This document shows, piece after piece, positions 16,464 through 24,174 of a stretch of DNA of 32,000 nt (the first letter of the stretch is position 1; every line of letters starts with the position of its first letter). Source of the stretch: Planctomyces sp. (GTDB taxonomy: Bacteria; Planctomycetota; Planctomycetia; Planctomycetales; Planctomycetaceae); the NCBI GenBank assembly GCA_046345315.1, contig JBKDKA010000111.1, positions 2,062 through 34,061 of the forward strand, given 5' to 3'. The notes beneath the pieces were generated by a model, which searched no databases, was not told the DNA's origin, and was given only the letters and a program-made list of their open reading frames with translations. Made by a program: the position numbers and the translations under genes.

Positions 16464-18068
16464 ATGGAATTCGACTTTGATGTGATTGTGATCGGAAGCG
16501 GCGCTGGAGGCGGAACTCTCGCTGCAGCCTGCGCTGCCTCAGGAAAGAACGTGCTGCTGATCGAGCGAGGTCACAGTCTTTCAGCGTCATCGAGTCACCT
16601 GGCCAACAGCGCAGTCACTCACGATGAGCAGTCAGTACTGATCGATAAAACTCCGTATGATGATCGCGAAGTGATCCTCAACGGGCGCGGAAATCGTCTC
16701 TACATCAGTGGCGTTACGGGTGGCGGTACTGAGCTTTACGGAGGTGCACTGCTGCGTCCCCGGCCGGAAGATTTTGAACCCGGACGTTATTACCGTGATC
16801 GCCTGCCGAAGGCGATCCACTGCTGGCCGGTCGGATTCGAGGAGCTGGCGGGCTACTTCGACGTCGCAGAGGGACTCTACCGTGTTGTCAATCCGGATCT
16901 GGTGCATATTCAGCCGTCGAATGTGACGCCATCGATGAATTCATGCCGCAGCGGACTGTCCCTGCTCAGAAAGTCTGAGCCGAAAGTCTCTGACGAGAGT
17001 AAAAACCGAGACACGGGACTTCCGCTTGCCGCCGTTAACGTGCGCCTTATGGGCTGTGCGCGAAATGCAGGTCTGATGCCGTACCGCCTTCCATTGGCGA
17101 TCGACGCGAGGACCTGCCTTCGGTGCGATCACTGTGCCGGATTTCCATGCCCGACGGGATCTCGACGCTCTTCATCACAGCTGATCGCTGACAGTATCGC
17201 TCGGGGAGAATCTCTGACGCTGATGACCGGATCAGAAGTCGTCCGGCTGATCCGAAATCGAAACCGTCGTGGAGACCCCAGATCATTGCTCGACGGTGTG
17301 GAGATCCTTGATCGCGCCAGTCAGCGTCGGCAGACTCTGAGAGCGAGACGTTACGTTCTGGCTGCGGGAGCAGTCGGTTCCCCCGTGATTCTGCTTCGCT
17401 CCGGTTACGAGCATCCACTGATCGGCCGGAACTACATGACACACTATTCACCGCTGTCAGTCGGAATCTATCTTCGTCGAACGGAAGCGGATTCTGCGTT
17501 TATCAAACAGGTTGGTCTTTCCGACTTCTACTTCGGAACTGCGGATCTGCCTGAGAAAATGGGAGTCGTCCAGTCGTTGCCTGCACCGGGGCCGCTGATG
17601 ATGCGCAAAGCAGGGCTGAAACGTGTCCCGAGCAGACTGCTGCAGACACTGAGAGCTCGCATGCTCCCTCTCATGGGCATTGTTGAAGACCTGCCCAGCC
17701 CCGGGAACCGCGTGACGATTGCGGATAACGGAAGAATCGGCCTGCGGCACAGTTTTTCAGAGTACGACAGCATTCGAGGAAGGGCGCTCGAACGGGAAAT
17801 GACGCGTCTCCTGCGTCTTTCGGGCGCTATCCACTGCGTCGGAAGTCAGATCCCTTCGCGTGAGCACGTCGCTCACCAGTGTGGAACGCTGCGATTCGGA
17901 ACGCATCGCGAATCCGCAGTTGCCGACCGCAGTTGCCGTCTTTTCGATCAGGAAGATGTTTTTGTCGCTGATGGAAGTTTCATGCCAACTTCACTCGGAG
18001 TTGGTCCATCCTTAACAATCGTCAGCAACGCTCTGCGGGTGGCTGACACGGTGATATCTGAATGCTGA
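16464..18068 (+). CDS. GMC-family FAD oxidoreductase with internal Cys cluster
   Basis: N-terminal FAD fold FDVIVIGSGAGGGTLAAACAASGKNVLLIERG. C-terminal GMC block HQCGTLRFG ... VADGSFMPTSLGVGPSLTI. Cys cluster CLRCDHCAGFPCP at aa 218-229 (nt 17115-17150). Confidence 0.9.
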   Translation: MEFDFDVIVIGSGAGGGTLAAACAASGKNVLLIERGHSLSASSSHLANSAVTHDEQSVLIDKTPYDDREVILNGRGNRLYISGVTGGGTELYGGALLRPRPEDFEPGRYYRDRLPKAIHCWPVGFEELAGYFDVAEGLYRVVNPDLVHIQPSNVTPSMNSCRSGLSLLRKSEPKVSDESKNRDTGLPLAAVNVRLMGCARNAGLMPYRLPLAIDARTCLRCDHCAGFPCPTGSRRSSSQLIADSIARGESLTLMTGSEVVRLIRNRNRRGDPRSLLDGVEILDRASQRRQTLRARRYVLAAGAVGSPVILLRSGYEHPLIGRNYMTHYSPLSVGIYLRRTEADSAFIKQVGLSDFYFGTADLPEKMGVVQSLPAPGPLMMRKAGLKRVPSRLLQTLRARMLPLMGIVEDLPSPGNRVTIADNGRIGLRHSFSEYDSIRGRALEREMTRLLRLSGAIHCVGSQIPSREHVAHQCGTLRFGTHRESAVADRSCRLFDQEDVFVADGSFMPTSLGVGPSLTIVSNALRVADTVISEC

Positions 18069-18098
18069 CGAGACATCATATCAGCCGTGGTCAACGTT

Positions 18099-18194
18099 GG
18101 TTTCAAAACCGGGACTGGCTCCCGACATACGCGGTGTTTTCCCTCAAATTCCGCAACGGCAAGGGTGTCTGTCCCGTTTTTGAAATGCGATCTA
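18099..18194 (+). repeat. 96-nt intergenic repeat, copy B (partner at 3206-3301)
   Basis: See copy A. The terminal arms tttcaaaaccgggac (18101-18115) and gtcccgtttttgaaa (18171-18185) are complementary at 14/15 positions and enclose 55 nt. Confidence 0.75.
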
Positions 18195-18210
18195 CGAAGG
18201 AACGTCATCC

Positions 18211-19113
18211 ATGAGGGTGCGGCTGGAACAGTTTCGACAGGCCCGAGAGATTCACGGCGGCACTCTGAACATGATGGGAGCTGCTCTGGGAGTAAAGCTC
18301 TCTCGAATTCCTATTCCCACAGCGGCACTCCGACGAAAGGTGTTTCGTATGTTGTACGGTGGAAAATACCAGGCGCTCGATGAAGCTGAGCTGGAAATGC
18401 CTCTGGAGCATTACCCGTCAATCAATGCTCTGTTCACACGAGGTATTCGCCCTGAGCAGCGACCGATTCCGACAAGAATCGATCAGTTTCTCTCGCCAGT
18501 CGATGGAACGGTACAGGATCATGGCCTGATCCACGACGACACGGTAATGACGGTCAAAGGGGTTCGATACACGCTGGAGTCTCTCTGCCCGGAGACGAAT
18601 GTCCATCCCTATCGAGATGGGCGGTTCGCAATTCTCTTTCTTTCGCCGCGCGATTGTCATCGGGTATTCACTCCTGCAGAGGGAGTTCTTGAAAAGCTGG
18701 TTCATGTACCGGGGCATCGACTGCTCGTGCATCCGCCATTTCAACGTCCGGAGTTCCCGGTTTTTGCGCTGAATGAGCGTCTGGTGATGGAGCTCGACAC
18801 CACTCTTGGGCGATGCCTGATGATCATGGTGGCTGGCTGGGGAGTCGGTCACATCACGCATCCGTTTCGACTGGCTCACCGATTCAGCCCCAGACGTGTG
18901 TCCGTTACGAAGCTTGATCCCGCCCGCAATGTGGCTCGCAACGAATGGATAGCGACCTTTGAACTGGGATCGACGGTCATTCTGATCGTCGAGAAGGGAC
19001 TGTCGTCCGAAGCCCTGTTTCAGAAGGATCAGCAGATTCGGATTGGTGAGCCACTCTACGACGCCATTCCCGCGCGGAGTGAAGACACGAAACCTGAAAT
19101 CAGCACACCCTGA
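18211..19113 (+). CDS. psd: Phosphatidylserine decarboxylase proenzyme
   Basis: Motifs FLSPVDG, LSPRDCHRVFTP, FALNERLV and the self-cleavage site FELGSTVILIV (the G-S-T pyruvoyl-forming motif). Confidence 0.9.
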   Translation: MRVRLEQFRQAREIHGGTLNMMGAALGVKLSRIPIPTAALRRKVFRMLYGGKYQALDEAELEMPLEHYPSINALFTRGIRPEQRPIPTRIDQFLSPVDGTVQDHGLIHDDTVMTVKGVRYTLESLCPETNVHPYRDGRFAILFLSPRDCHRVFTPAEGVLEKLVHVPGHRLLVHPPFQRPEFPVFALNERLVMELDTTLGRCLMIMVAGWGVGHITHPFRLAHRFSPRRVSVTKLDPARNVARNEWIATFELGSTVILIVEKGLSSEALFQKDQQIRIGEPLYDAIPARSEDTKPEISTP

Positions 19114-19128
19114 ACAGGATAGACCAGT

Positions 19129-21099
19129 ATGTTGTTCGGTAGCGCCGACCACGGCTCAGCACTTTCCGAAGAAGTCGTGAACTATCTCCGCACTTCGGGC
19201 GAAGCGGGAACCTGTACCACTGAGCAACGGACTCGCCGCCGTCTTGTACTGACTGACAGCGGTGGTGTTTCTGTTGAAGACTACATTAACGCAGCTGATT
19301 CCCTGAATGCCGATGAGCGATTTCGCTCCGGTTCGACTCATGGCTGCCTGATCACGGAAACAGAACTCCGAAGCTGCGACGTCAGTTCAGCGCCGGAAGA
19401 AATCGTCGTGTTCATGGAAGGTTCGGTAACTCCGAGAGCTCTGAGGCTCATGTCTCTGGTCAGGACTCTGGGCCAGGGGAACAGAACTCAATGTGTCGTC
19501 GTAATTACTTCGCTGCAACGACACCTGACGGAGAATCCGGATCAAACTCTGGAACAGACTCTCCTCTTTCAGCTTAAGCCCTGCCTCTCGGCGCTGACTG
19601 TCATTCGAACCGGGATGATTCTGAGCCCCAACTCAAGTGTTACACGCAGTGCTCGTCGTTTCGGAGCCACTCTTCCCCTGATCAGTCCGGCACTTTCCGG
19701 GACATTTCTGACGATCGAAAGTCTCGTCGCGATCATCGAAACGGAGATGCAGCTTCAGCAGTTGCAGGACAACTGTACGCCGTTGACAGACTCATCGGGA
19801 GTCCGAACGCTGACAGTGCCGGGCAGCCGCCGATTGCTGAGAGATGTCGTCTCGGAAGTCACATCCCCACCAGAAAATGTTTCGTCCCGAATCGTGCAGT
19901 TCGCGTTTCAGGCTGCCGCTGCAATCGGTGTTCGGTGGATGATCGCGGAATCGCTGCGGTTCCTCGCGAAGATCTCCACATCATGCAGGAAGCTCACAAG
20001 TGATACGCTTCATCCTCAGTCTGTCGAAGAACTCAGGCAGCTCTGCAATCGACACAGCACAGACCAGATCCAGATCGCTGGCTGCAACAACGGTGTTCGA
20101 CATTTCGGATGGAAGTTTCCGTCGAAAACGGTCGTTCTGACAACCAGAATGCCGGGCCGTGCGGAACTACTGGACGATCCACCCGGTGTATCTTTCGAAA
20201 CCCTGTCGTTCACTGCTTCGGTAACTCCAAACGTCGGGAAGCCGGTTCGTCGATTCAGAGTCGATGCAGGGCTTACACTGAAATACTGCATCGACGAGCT
20301 CGCGCGATCCGGATACGAGTTCTTCGTTGTTCCGAACTATTCCTATATCAGTATGGGAACGCTGTTTTTCGTTCCGATACACGGTTCCGGAAGTCGCGTG
20401 TCTACGCTGGGTGATACGATTGAGGAAGTCACACTCTGGAACCGCTGTACAGAGCAGCATGCAACCGCTCGCAGGGGTGATGAGCTGTTCCGTCAGGTGA
20501 TGTACTCACCATCCGGTCACTGGGTAGTTCTGAGCCTGACTCTGGCCGTTCGCGGCAGAACGAGATACACCGTCCATTGTGAGTCGCTGCACCATTCGAC
20601 CGCCGATGACATTCTCGAGATCCTGAATGACACTGAAGCGTCGAACGTAGAAATCCGCAGGCATAGTGCCTCTTCAACATCGATTGATGTCAGTCGGTAT
20701 TACGCAGAGGAACACAGCGACAGCTCAGGCACGGCTCCTTTTCCGGGAGCATCCGCTGCGCCCCGGGACAGAATCGGCCGCATCTGGGATCGACTCGAGG
20801 AAACGCCGATTGTCTCCACACTGTTCCATTGGTTCGTACGAACTTACGCGTTTCACGTTGAGTTGTTCCTGACGTCAGAGGAATTCCGAATCCTCTGGGA
20901 ACATCTTCACACACTGCCGGTTTCCAAGATTCAGCTGCGTCGCCTTCTGAAAGACGGCATGCCTCACTCTGCGTGCCAGGATGACGATCGTGTTTCCGCC
21001 GACCTGTTCATGACTCAGGGGAATCGAGATGTCTTCTGCCGATTTGTTGAACGGTACATCCCGAATGTTCGAACGAACCCCGGAAAACAGTCCTTCTGA
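19129..21099 (+). CDS. 656-aa protein: degenerate Rossmann-like N-terminal region plus PCMH-type FAD-binding oxidase-like domain (ALO/GULO/DprE1-like)
   Basis: aa ~295-440 read HPQSVEELRQLCNRHSTDQIQIAGCNNG ... RVDAGLTLKYCIDELARSGYEFFVVPNYSYISMGTLFFVPIHGSGSRVSTLGDTIEEVTLWN. This follows the FAD_binding_4 layout. The C-terminus ends ...NPGKQSF, reminiscent of the HWGK end of sugar-lactone oxidases. The N-terminal EEIVVFMEGSV...VVVITSL...LTVIRTGMIL resembles an NAD(P)-binding fold without GxxGxxG. The function call is tentative. Confidence 0.6.
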   Translation: MLFGSADHGSALSEEVVNYLRTSGEAGTCTTEQRTRRRLVLTDSGGVSVEDYINAADSLNADERFRSGSTHGCLITETELRSCDVSSAPEEIVVFMEGSVTPRALRLMSLVRTLGQGNRTQCVVVITSLQRHLTENPDQTLEQTLLFQLKPCLSALTVIRTGMILSPNSSVTRSARRFGATLPLISPALSGTFLTIESLVAIIETEMQLQQLQDNCTPLTDSSGVRTLTVPGSRRLLRDVVSEVTSPPENVSSRIVQFAFQAAAAIGVRWMIAESLRFLAKISTSCRKLTSDTLHPQSVEELRQLCNRHSTDQIQIAGCNNGVRHFGWKFPSKTVVLTTRMPGRAELLDDPPGVSFETLSFTASVTPNVGKPVRRFRVDAGLTLKYCIDELARSGYEFFVVPNYSYISMGTLFFVPIHGSGSRVSTLGDTIEEVTLWNRCTEQHATARRGDELFRQVMYSPSGHWVVLSLTLAVRGRTRYTVHCESLHHSTADDILEILNDTEASNVEIRRHSASSTSIDVSRYYAEEHSDSSGTAPFPGASAAPRDRIGRIWDRLEETPIVSTLFHWFVRTYAFHVELFLTSEEFRILWEHLHTLPVSKIQLRRLLKDGMPHSACQDDDRVSADLFMTQGNRDVFCRFVERYIPNVRTNPGKQSF

Positions 21100-23335
21100 G
21101 CCGATAGATTCCGGTCTTCCCCATCGGATTTCTTCAGAAGACACTTTGCTGGCTGCTGACTTGTCGGCCCCTGAACGGTCGGTTCTGGAGACTTGCGACA
21201 GAATCGCTCGTCTGAAAATTCCCAATCTGCTGCGCCTGTATCTGAACCCTTTCGTTGCACAGACCTGTGTTGCACTCAGCGAGATTGTGCAGACGGCCTG
21301 GCCCTCGTGTCGCAGAGATGGATCACGACCATCGTTTCTTGCGAATTCCGGGGAGGAAGCGCTAAGCGGAGCCATCAAGCTGGCTCGCTTTACAATGAAC
21401 ACTCGGAGCGATTCTCGGGGGCGAACTGCGGGGACTCCGGTGTCAGCCGACGTGCTGCTGATCGATGAAGAGAAACAGTTTCCCGCTTTCGAAGCGATTG
21501 ATGTCAAGCCGAGTGAAAACTCATCAGTCAGCCGCGTTGAATGGATACCTGGAATTCGCCGGGTATCGGCCGCTGAGCTTCAGTCATCGGACATCCTTCC
21601 GGCTGGATCACATGTCGGCATTGTCGTTTTCGCGTCGCTCAGTGCAACGGACAATGTCGACCGTCTACGAGCAGTGCTGCAGCGCTTTCAGGCGAGCGGA
21701 GGTCTGCTTGTCTTCTGCCTGAACAGCGACTGGGAACACCATCCATTGGCTGAAATTTCCGACAGTCCGGTCCGGAGAACTATTGGCGTTGCAGGAAACT
21801 CTTCCGAACTTCGCCCGGACATTGTTGTGTTCGATTCTTCATTTACAGACAACGCGGTCCCTTTCGGAGCCTTCAATTCCGATGGCGAGCTGTACTCGCA
21901 GTGGATGAAGAAAGGAATGGCGACATTCCATTCGACAACGTATCAGCCCAACACGATCTCCACGATGCACTTCCTGAAGTGTCTGGAAAAACATGCGCCG
22001 AGATTCTTCAGCACTTTAGAGAATCAACTGAAACCATTACTGGCCGACCAGAGACGTCTGAAACGCACCTTTCAGGAGCTCTATAGCCCTTCATTGGGTC
22101 GAATTGTCTCTGCGTCCGGCTTTGATGACGAGGATATCACGGCGTCAGGGCATTTCGTTCGGGTTGGGTCAAGACGAATGTTTGACGGCATCGGTGGCGT
22201 TGCGTGCAGCATTCGAGGTCATAATCCGGAGCACTGGTCTGAAGAAATCCGTTCTCTCGGTCCGAGTGAACAAGTGCAGACCGGACTGGCGAACATGCTT
22301 TTCCAGATGACCGGCCTTCGCCACTTTGTGCCTGCCGTCAGCGGCGGTTCTTCTGTCGAACAGGCGCTGGAACTTGCGCTGGTCGCTCAGGCTCCACGAA
22401 GAACAGTGATCGCACTTCAGGGTGGTTTCGGCGGCAAAACTCTCGTGGCTCTCACAGGAACCTCACGAGATTCCTATAAATCCCGCCTGGATCCACTCTA
22501 CCAACACGTGGTCTACATCGACCCATTCGCCCCGGATGCTCTGGAAACACTCAGGTCTCGGGCGGCGCTGGGTGACGTGGCGGTGATTCAGCTGGAGCTG
22601 ATTCAGGGTGTCGGTGGCGTTCGCAAGATCCCGCCGGCACTGACAGATGCCCTGCAATCGCTCTGCGATGAACACGGCATTCTGCTTTTTGTCGATGAGA
22701 TTCAGACCGGGATGTTTCGTACCGGGCCATTCATCCGATCAAATGAGATCGGTCTGTCTCCGGATCTTCTGACTGTCGGGAAGGGAACAAGCGACATGAT
22801 GTTCCCATTCGCGCTCACTCTGTTCAGCGATCGAGTTGAGCGTCTCCTCCATCGCAGTGGAACAGATCTGCCGCTGCTGTTTCGACAACGCAACAACTAT
22901 GAGATCGGATACCGCTGTGTTCTGAATACACTGAAGCGAAGTTACTCCGAAGGACTTTCCGAACAGGTTCGCGCGGCCGGTGCAGGTTTTGAGGATGCGT
23001 TCCGCCGCCATCTCTCACCGATCCGTGTTGTCAGAGAGACTCGGGTCTTCGGACTGCTGATTGGAATTGAGCTGAATCTGGATCGCACGCTTCTTCAGAA
23101 GATGAGACTCAATGCAACTCATCTCTTTCTGGCTCAGATGATGCGCCACCCGGGATTCCCGCTGCTGATGGGTTTTTGCCAGTACGAGCCATCGATCCTG
23201 AAGTTTACGCCGCCCCTGTCCGTGACTCCGGACGAAACTGAAGCTGCATGTCAGGCGATCGGAGAGTCGCTGCAGAGTTCCACGATGACACTGCTTCGAA
23301 CAGGTTTTGGCGCTCTCCGCCGGGCACGAAAGTAG
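21029..23335 (+). CDS. Tandem class-III (PLP) aminotransferase: degenerate N-module plus intact C-module
   Basis: C-module: GGVACSIRGHNP, VSGGSSVEQALELA, ALQGGFGGKTL, VIQLELIQGVGGV, LLFVDEIQTGMFRTG, PDLLTVGKGTSDMMFPFA (Lys585, nt 22781-22783) and VRETRVFGLLIGIEL. N-module: LANSGEEALSGAIKLARF, VGIVVFASLSATDNV, GLLVFCLNSDW, PDIVVFDSSFTDNAVPFGAF and FHSTTYQPNTIS. The ATG at 21029 overlaps the upstream gene by 71 nt. Alternative starts are ATG 21065 and TTG 21146. Confidence 0.85.
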   Translation: MSSADLLNGTSRMFERTPENSPSEPIDSGLPHRISSEDTLLAADLSAPERSVLETCDRIARLKIPNLLRLYLNPFVAQTCVALSEIVQTAWPSCRRDGSRPSFLANSGEEALSGAIKLARFTMNTRSDSRGRTAGTPVSADVLLIDEEKQFPAFEAIDVKPSENSSVSRVEWIPGIRRVSAAELQSSDILPAGSHVGIVVFASLSATDNVDRLRAVLQRFQASGGLLVFCLNSDWEHHPLAEISDSPVRRTIGVAGNSSELRPDIVVFDSSFTDNAVPFGAFNSDGELYSQWMKKGMATFHSTTYQPNTISTMHFLKCLEKHAPRFFSTLENQLKPLLADQRRLKRTFQELYSPSLGRIVSASGFDDEDITASGHFVRVGSRRMFDGIGGVACSIRGHNPEHWSEEIRSLGPSEQVQTGLANMLFQMTGLRHFVPAVSGGSSVEQALELALVAQAPRRTVIALQGGFGGKTLVALTGTSRDSYKSRLDPLYQHVVYIDPFAPDALETLRSRAALGDVAVIQLELIQGVGGVRKIPPALTDALQSLCDEHGILLFVDEIQTGMFRTGPFIRSNEIGLSPDLLTVGKGTSDMMFPFALTLFSDRVERLLHRSGTDLPLLFRQRNNYEIGYRCVLNTLKRSYSEGLSEQVRAAGAGFEDAFRRHLSPIRVVRETRVFGLLIGIELNLDRTLLQKMRLNATHLFLAQMMRHPGFPLLMGFCQYEPSILKFTPPLSVTPDETEAACQAIGESLQSSTMTLLRTGFGALRRARK

Positions 23336-23394
23336 AGTACTTGAGATGACCAGGGAAAACCGAAGCGACACCATACCTGTCAGCGAGGAGTGAT

Positions 23395-23970
23395 ATGGAT
23401 ACAACAGAGACGGAATTGTGTATGAAGCGGAATCAGCCACTGAGTATCCTGAAGATTGATTTTGACGAACTGTATCGCCGACATCTCTGTCGACATGGTC
23501 AGTTCGGTCTCAACGTGCTTCATCTGATTTCTGTGTACGGAGTCTATTTCTCAGTCTTTGCGCTGGTCGTGGCCCTCATTCAGCTCGCGTTTCCAGGCTT
23601 GTCATCTGCTGCGAGCGCAGTTGCGATTCTCGCACTTTCCGGCCCGTACCTCTGTCTGCTCCTGCTTAACATTCCGGTCCCTGTGCTGCTCCTGACCCTG
23701 CTTTCCGTCATTGTCCTGACAGTCAGCGCCCTGGCGGTCATTTCCATTCCGATCTGGGCGCATCTTCTCCTGATCGTCTTCTGGCACCGTTTTCAGATCT
23801 GGAGCCACCGGTACTACACAGAACACAGAGATATGTCAGAATTTGAGACGAAATACCGAAAGGGGATCCGCCTCTTTACGTTGCTGGCCGTCTACGAATT
23901 GCCAATCCTGCTGCATTATCTGATGGCTGGCGGCTGGAGGAGCGAACGGGCTGAGGAGTTCCAGTTCTGA
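23395..23970 (+). CDS. Small polytopic membrane protein (about 4 TM), unknown family; weak DUF962/Mpo1-like resemblance
   Basis: ATG preceded by gaggag (23385-23390). Hydrophobic helices include VLHLISVYGVYFSVFALVVALIQLAF, ILALSGPYLCLLLLNIPVPVLLLTLLSVIVLTV and IPIWAHLLLIVFW. A His-rich stretch WHRFQIWSHRYYTEH is present. Size and topology fit DUF962, but I cannot confirm that by eye. Confidence 0.6.
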   Translation: MDTTETELCMKRNQPLSILKIDFDELYRRHLCRHGQFGLNVLHLISVYGVYFSVFALVVALIQLAFPGLSSAASAVAILALSGPYLCLLLLNIPVPVLLLTLLSVIVLTVSALAVISIPIWAHLLLIVFWHRFQIWSHRYYTEHRDMSEFETKYRKGIRLFTLLAVYELPILLHYLMAGGWRSERAEEFQF

Positions 23971-24102
23971 CCCATGATGCGTTTCCGGCAGCCGCTTCAG
24001 GCAAGACATCGGCGACGCAGGACTGGCTCCTCATGCGGGATTGAGATTGACGGACAAACGGCTGTCGTCAGTCGATCCACAAAGATCAGATGAGTCAGGC
24101 AC

Positions 24103-24148
24103 AAAAAACGACAGCAGGACCGGAACAAACCGGTCCTGCTGTTTCTCT
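24103..24148 (-). terminator. Rho-independent terminator, possibly bidirectional, between convergent genes
   Basis: Perfect 13-bp stem acagcaggaccgg (24111-24123) / ccggtcctgctgt (24130-24142) with a 6-nt loop aacaaa. On the minus strand the stem is followed by cg then TTTTTT (complement of 24103-24108). It lies about 30 nt downstream of the DUF1559 stop. On the plus strand it is followed by ttctct. Confidence 0.75.
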
Positions 24149-24174
24149 GACTTCTCAGCACTCAACAGGCGTTC

